Part shown: positions 57,448 through 64,000 of the stretch, in pieces
Numbering within the stretch: position 1 is the first letter of the stretch
Layout: the number at the start of each line of letters is the position of its first letter
NCBI GenBank assembly: GCA_964016885.1
Contig: OZ024740.1
Coordinates: 343,666,001 to 343,730,000, forward strand
Direction of reading: 5' to 3'
Source: Eledone cirrhosa
Taxonomy: Eukaryota
DNA: 64,000 nucleotides
The notes under the pieces: generated by a model
The model's input: the letters and a program-made list of their open reading frames with translations, nothing else
Database searches by the model: none
Told to the model about the DNA's origin: nothing
Translations under genes and position numbers: made by a program

Positions 57448-59603
57448 ATGGCTACGAAAAAGAATTTTCATAGGTCACTCCCACTCATTCCGTCTTCTTC
57501 TTCCTCAATCATTACTACAGCAGAGAGAAGATTGTCTCTCTCCCTCCCTTCTTTAAATGTGACTCTCTCCCTCCCTTCTCTTTCGCAAGCGACGACAGAA
57601 AAGAAAAATCTCGTGCAAAGCGTGCAAGATTTCTCCACGACGACGACGACAACGACGAAACAGGTGTGCGGGAAATACGAAAACCAATTTCATTCGTCTG
57701 ACGTCAGGAATAATAGCAGTAGCAGCCGTAATAACAACAGCAACAGTAACAAGGAAAACAACAGTAGCAGTCGCAACAGCATCAGCAGCAGCATAAACAA
57801 CAACATCATTAGCAGCAATAACAACAGCATTAGTAGCAACAACAACAGCAGCAGCAGCAACAACAACAACAACCACAGCAACTGCGGCGCCAGCAGTAGT
57901 TGTAGTACCTGCAGCAACAACAAAAGTAACAGCAGCTCTGACGACAACAACAACAACAACAACAGCAGCAAAGAAAAACCAATCTCGTTTGCAGGTATCG
58001 CAAAGAACCTGGAAACCATCCTCATAACAAATGAGGAATTAGAGGACGAAGAAGATGGTGACAAAAACTGGACACCGAGCAATCTGCAAGGCAACCGAAA
58101 CACATTTCGAAACCCAACAGCACTGTACGGTCACGTACCGTACAGTAAGTACAAAATCCCGTAGGGTTGAAAGAGCCACAGAGGCTCAAATACAAAAAGC
58201 CTTGGGGTCTGTGTGGCAGCGGAAAACGCACATCACCCGAGGCAAGAAATATGCCACCGTAGACGTACTTTTTGCCACACCCCAGGAGGCAAAGGATCAA
58301 TCCTTAGTGACCCTAAGGAGCGAGGAAATGGTGTTGGTGCCCTCCTATTGCGGGCAAAAAATTGTGAGGGTCAAACTGACCCACGTCCCCCCCCCCGGCA
58401 TGGCCCCTTCTTGGCTGGCCACGTCTGTCCTCGTCGGAATCGAGGACAAAACAACTGTACTGCAAGTACAGAAAAAAGTAAGAGAAGATTGGGTCGGCAC
58501 CTCCATTGAGATGTTAATCCAAACCAACCAGGAGTGCATCGAAGCTATCCCGGATGTGATAGACTTCGATAACGGCACTCAATTGCCCATAAGTGTTGAG
58601 GGCAAACGCCCGAAATGCTTTCGCTGTGGATCGAAGACTCAACTCAGGGCCTTCTGCAACGAGAAGAACCTGAGAAATGGAGAAAACCCCCCTCCTTCCG
58701 AAACCGGCTCCACGGCTACCAGCAACAGGACAAGTGTCAACCAGGACCGATAGGTCCGTGGCACCCATACCCACGCCACGGAAATCAAAAACAGCAGCAG
58801 CAGTGGAAGTATTAACAACAACAACAGCAATACCAAATGCAGCTGCAACAGAGACTCCAGTGAAAACATCACCAACAACAACAAGTGAAAGAGTGGAGCT
58901 GGTACCCCTCCCCGACCTCACAGAATCAGACATGGAGTGTGAGGTGGGAGAGGGATGGCAAAAGGTCGTAAGAAGGCACAAACGCAGAAGCAGCGCATCG
59001 TCGCCTTCGAAAAGGGAGGAAAGAAATGAAAAAAGGGTAAAGGCTACTGCAAAGAGACTCACAGCAGCAACACCACCAACACCATCACCACCCACACTAG
59101 CACCACCATCACCATCGGCGACAACCCCACCACCAACAACAACAACACCTTCAACACCACCACCACAAGCACCAACATCGCAAACACAACAACAAAACAC
59201 ACACACCCAGCAACAACGACAAGAAAATAGCAGAACCACACCCCACCCCCAGAAAAACAAATGCACAGCAATAAATACAGACAACAAGAAACTAATGACT
59301 TACATAATTGAACACACAGACATTTCACAACACGACTACATAATACCAGCACCAATCAAAACGCCAACTAACATAAGACTGCTAAAAATAGCACAGAAAC
59401 AATACACAAACATTAAAACGAAATTCCCCAACGCAGTTGGTGATTTCAGAGACCTAGGAGGGACTCTCAATCGAAGAGTATATTCGGACATACTCATAGA
59501 AGAGCCGACGACCAGCCGAAGGGACGATTCAACGGTTCCTTCACCAGACGATCAAGTGAAAAGGGATGGAAAAAACATCCCTCCTCTACGAAAAGTACGG
59601 TAA
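57448..59603 (+). pseudogene. Tx1 ORF1 (frameshifted; zinc knuckle CFRCGSKTQLRAFC)
   Basis: Three overlapping ORFs (57415-58164, 58055-58753, 58677-59603); EGKRPKCFRCG knuckle with H to Q; GWQKV motif. Confidence 0.78.
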
Positions 59604-59638
59604 GTGGTCTTTCCCATCTTTTCCACTCTATTTTAAAC

Positions 59639-62600
59639 ATGACCTCACTCAGAATAGGCAGCATAAATGCGCGTGGCTTGGGGTCGTCATGGAAGCAGGG
59701 TTACTTGCTCAACGACCTCAGGTCACTAAACATAGATGTAGTGGCCATCAGCGAGACCAGAATCTCCGAAGCACGGGCCTTCGCACCGATCTTCGGCGGC
59801 TACGATATGTACGCCTCTCCCAGCCGTCCTGGATCGGGGGGAGAAGTTGCTGTGCTTTTTCGGAGAGGTTTGGATCTCGCCATACGGGCCATCTTCCTGG
59901 ACCCAGAGGGTAAGTTGGTGGTGCTGGACGTGACCAGCGGAGACGGGCAAGCTTTCAGGCTAGTGGCCGTCTATGCCCCGACAGGAGCAGGGCGGCTTGA
60001 TTTCTTCCGGCGTCTGGAGACCTTTCTTGGAACGTCCCGCTCTTTAGTGTTAGTGGGCGACTGGAACGGGATCTTAGATGCACGCTGGGACTGTGTGGGA
60101 TTAGCGGATAGGGGTGGAGGGTGCAAGAGCCTCACCAACCTGCTCAGGCGTTTTGAACTGTCTGACAGGTACCGATTGGATTTCCCGAATGTGCCAAATC
60201 GCATAGGACAAATCGCTTAGGTTCATCCAGATCATATCTAGATAGAGTATTTTGTAGGGAAATAGATAGGTCTAGCATAGGCTGTCCACAATTAGAGATA
60301 GTCAACTACACGGACCACAAATTCATGATCTGTGTGCTTGACTTAGATAGGCTTCATAGACGAGGACCCGGCTACTGGAAGCTAAACGCGTCATTACCAG
60401 CGCGCAAGGGTTACAGAGACCGGATTAGCGAATTAGTTAAGCGGGCGTTGACGGGGGCCATCGTCAACAACAAGTGGTGGTTTGCTCTGAAAAGAGCGAT
60501 TAGAATAGAATCCATTAGGTTTAGTAAGGCTTTAGCAATAGACAAAAATAGAGCAGAGGGAGAACTAGTTAGAAAATTAGACGAGGCGCTTAGCAAAGGC
60601 ATTGCGACCGACGTGCTTGCGGCGAAATTGGCCCTTGACCAATTCTTCAATGCAAAGCACGAAGGCTGCGTTGTCAGAGCTAGGGTGCGTGCTCTCAGAC
60701 ACGAGGGGACGAAAGCCGTTCAATGGGCCCGAGTGGCGGAGGCGCGTCGTGGAAACAAAGCCACGATCCGGTCTTTGGTGGACCACGACGGGCGCATGCT
60801 ACTCGATCCCGGGCAAACGTGTGAAGCTTTTCAGCGACACTTGGCTCAACTGTTCGGGGGCAGTGGCGGGCCGGATCGAGGGATGGACTTTAGTGTCTAC
60901 CTCGACGGACTGCCGCGGCTTTCGGCCACTGAGGCGGAGTGTTGCGAAAAGCCGATAACAACCGCTGAAGTACGGGATGCAATGACTAGTTGCACAAGGG
61001 GTAAATCGCTTGGTTTGGATGGTCTGCCCTATGAACTTTACGTACAAATGCCAAACTTGTTCGGAGGCCTCTTGGCGGACGTCTACTGCAACTGGCAACA
61101 GAACGGGAGAATTCCCAGCTCTGTGAGCCGAGGAGCGGTGGCGCTGCTGAGAAAGGATCCGAACAAGGGGGATAACATAGATAATTTTAGGCCCATAACT
61201 CTGCTAAACACAGAGTTCAAGATTTTGGCCAAGGTGCTAGCAAAGAGGTTTGCGCTTGTCGTTGGTGGTCTGGTGGAAGAGGCACAGACATGCGCCATTC
61301 CCGACAGATCCATCCACGACAACCTCCACCTCATGCGATACATCGTAGAGAGGGTAGCTAAGGAACCTGGCACGGGTGGGTCTTTGATCAATTTAGATCA
61401 GTCGAAAGCCTTCGATAGGGTCGACCATCGTTACCTAGCGGCAGTCCTGAGGGCGGCTGGCTTTGGGCCCGTCTTCAGAGGCTGGATCGCTGCCATGCAC
61501 AGCGACATCTGCTCTGTAGTGCGAGTGAACGGTCACCTTTCGGAACCGTTCAACATCATGAGCTCGGTCCGCCAAGGATGTCCCCTCTCGTCCCTATTGT
61601 ACGTATTGACTCTCGAGCCATTACTGCACAAACTGGAGACGTTGAGGGGGGTCCCGCGCGAACTAGGATGCGGAAGATCCGTGTCAGCATATGCCGACAA
61701 TGTCACCGTAGTGGTGTCGAACGCCAAACACATCGAGGCGATCGGCACTACACTAAGAGAATACGAAGCGGTGACAGGAGCAATGATCAACCAGGAAAAG
61801 TCAGTGGGCCTGCAGCTAGGCACCTGGAGAGGCAGGTCCATGCCGTCCAACAGCGTCGTCGGGCGCTGGACGGACGGACCGGTTAAATTGCTAGGGGTCT
61901 GGTTCGGTCCAGACCTCCAGACGGACAAAAACTGGGACGAGGTGACGAGCAGGGTGGCTTCTCTCACCCAGAAATGGGCCGAGAGGAAGCTATCCCTGAA
62001 AGGTCGAGCGGAGGTGGCGAATGCGTACATCGCATCCGTCATCTACTACCGCCTGACCGTCGTACCTTGTCCTAAGCCCCGCCTGACTGCGCTGGAGCGT
62101 TTGCTCTTTCGCTTCTTGTGGAAGGGACGCGCTCCGATGGTCAGGCGGTCCATCTGCTGTCAACACCCGCTACGTGGAGAGCTGGGCATGCCGTGGCTGA
62201 TGATGCGCAGACACGCGCTCAGGCTACGACATCTCCACCTCTTCCTCGACGGTGATCAGGTGTGGTCGCCGTTTGCAAGACACGTTTTTCCCCAGCTCGT
62301 CTCCTTGACGGAGCTGCAGTCCTGGGTCAAGCGAAGACCGAGAGGGAGCGCTTGGAGACTGGAATGTCTTCAGGCGCTCACAGCCCTCGACCAATCGGGC
62401 AATGTGATCGGTGGAAACTCCACCTTGGCGTTCTATAGGGGATTAGTGGAGGGGAAGAGCGACGACGTACTTGGAGAAACTCTAGGCGTCGACGAAAATC
62501 AACTAGCCAATCTCTTCGGAGGGACTTTCGGGCCGGGACCTATGGACAACTTCCAGAAATCCCTGGCCTGGCAGTGCTACCGAGGAGCTTTGCCAGTTCG

Positions 62601-63057
62601 GGATAAACTCTACAGGCATGGAGGTGCCGTCAGCCGGGCATGTCCGAGATGCGCGCAGGGCGACGAAACCGTCCTGCACGCACTCGTCTAGTGTCCGAGC
62701 ATTGCTGACTTGTGGGTTTATGTCGAACACCTGCTGTCACGTGTAGGACGGATCCAGCTATCAGCTGAGTCCATCGTGAGGATTGCCCCGCCCCCTTCCT
62801 TTAGCCTGGAAGGGCAGGCAGTTTTTATCTGTCTGGTGGCCATGGCGAAAGAGATAGTATGGTGGACACGTTTGAAAGGGCTGAAGACGAGCACTTACCT
62901 CTTCGGTGATGCCCTGATTAACTTTTTCAAATTTCATTTGAAAAGGAAAATCAGGGTAGAGAGGGAAGTGCTCTCTTCCCAGCATTTTGTTGAAAGATGG
63001 GTGAGAGAAGCAAGTATGGCCCGAATGAATGGGCCTTCTCTGAGTATGTGTCTGTAA
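59639..63057 (+). pseudogene. Tx1 ORF2: AP endonuclease, reverse transcriptase, C-terminal zinc finger; disrupted
   Basis: SINARGL, SET, VYAP, GDWN; GPGYWKLN, FRPITLLN, DQSKAFDRVDH, VRQGCPLS, YADN (catalytic D to N), CPRC..H. Frameshift near 60200 and TAG at 62689. Confidence 0.92.
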
Positions 63058-63311
63058 ATTAAAGGTGGAAAACTGGGAGAGGGCACTTGCCCTGGTGGTC
63101 AGGGCCACTGTGGTCTTTTAATGGGCTTTCTCCACAAATGTCCCTTGGAAGTCTCCCCCCTATTGGGGAATTTTTCTTTGTTATTTTATTTCAACCTCTG
63201 TTTTTTTTACACGCAGAAATGCCCATTTGTACCGTCCTGTATTGTCCTGTACTGTCCTTAATGTCTACTTTATGTGAACCCTTGTGGTTAATAAAGAAAA
63301 CATTATCATTA

Positions 63312-63390
<79 letters not shown>

Positions 63391-63391
<1 letters not shown>

Positions 63392-63470
63392 CATCCTTAC
63401 GGGGCCGATAAAATAAAGTACCAGTAATGCACTGGGTATTGCTGGCCTTGTGCCAAAAGTAGAAACAATT
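63391..63470 (+). mobile_element. 5'-truncated SINE S1 in (TTA)n
   Basis: Core plus tail. Confidence 0.88.
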
Positions 63471-63483
63471 ATTATTATTATTA

Positions 63484-64000
63484 CTCTTCTTTGAGTCTCA
63501 GTCATTGATGTTATTTAACTGGAAAGTTTGTTGAAATGAATATCAAGCCACTACCTGCAGCCTCAGATATTCAGGACGTATCGGAGGGTTCTTGATGTTC
63601 CCAGCAAGCATGCCTTTTGAAGTGTTCCAAAAAGCGGCGCTGGACTAATTTTCTTTAACCATCCTTGGAAACTCTTTGAGATAGTACCTAGTGCGCCTAT
63701 GACAATCGGGACGACCTTGATTTAATGGCAGTTCCAAATCCTTTTTAACTCCCACTTTAATTCCTGGTATCGGTTAATTTTTGCCCTCTCCTTTTCTTGC
63801 ACTCTCGTCTCAAATGGGCAGGCTGCATCTACAATCAGGCACGATCTTTTTTCCTTGTCCAAAACCACCAGGTCAGAGCTATTGTGTTCTAATTTCTTGT
63901 CCGTCTGTATCCTAAAATCCCATAGCACCTTCACCTGATCGTTTTCTATCACCGACTCTGGCTTATGCTCATACCACTTCTCAGAATGTGGTAAATTCTT
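63484..64000 (-). mobile_element. 3' end of a Dong/R4-clade LINE (RLE domain) ending in (TAA)n
   Basis: KVLWDFRIQTD..DLVVLDK..IVDAACP..KINRYQEL, VVPIVIGALG, LQKACLLGT; runs off the window. Confidence 0.88.

Larger units (their letters stand above)
57233..63301 (+). mobile_element. Near full-length Tx1/L1-clade non-LTR retrotransposon in (TTA)n
   Basis: 5' UTR, ORF1, ORF2 (APE, RT, zinc finger) and 3' UTR with AATAAA; (TTA)n flanks. Confidence 0.93.

Overview
Eukaryotic, AT-rich, microsatellite-saturated non-genic (intergenic or intronic) DNA. The SINE repertoire resembles octopus/cephalopod tRNA-derived SINEs; the species assignment is inference. No host protein-coding exon can be supported, and most ORFs in the track are translations of simple repeats. 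Coding content is all retroelement-derived: a CRE-clade LINE fragment, a decayed RTE LINE, two R4/Dong-clade LINE fragments, a near full-length Tx1/L1-clade LINE plus a 5'-inverted fragment, and a decayed Penelope-like (PLE) RT/GIY-YIG remnant. There are also many SINEs, a hAT-like non-autonomous element and two TA-flanked MITEs. The main unexplained signal is a set of non-coding islands inside (TA)n runs that carry hammerhead ribozyme (HHR) motifs in several unrelated sequence families. They are arranged as fold-backs or partial tandems typical of PLE pseudo-LTRs or retrozymes. One has a large structured insertion in helix II (5080-5206) and one has its three strands in a non-circularly permuted order (30059-30121). 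All folds were derived by eye and need computational and biochemical confirmation.
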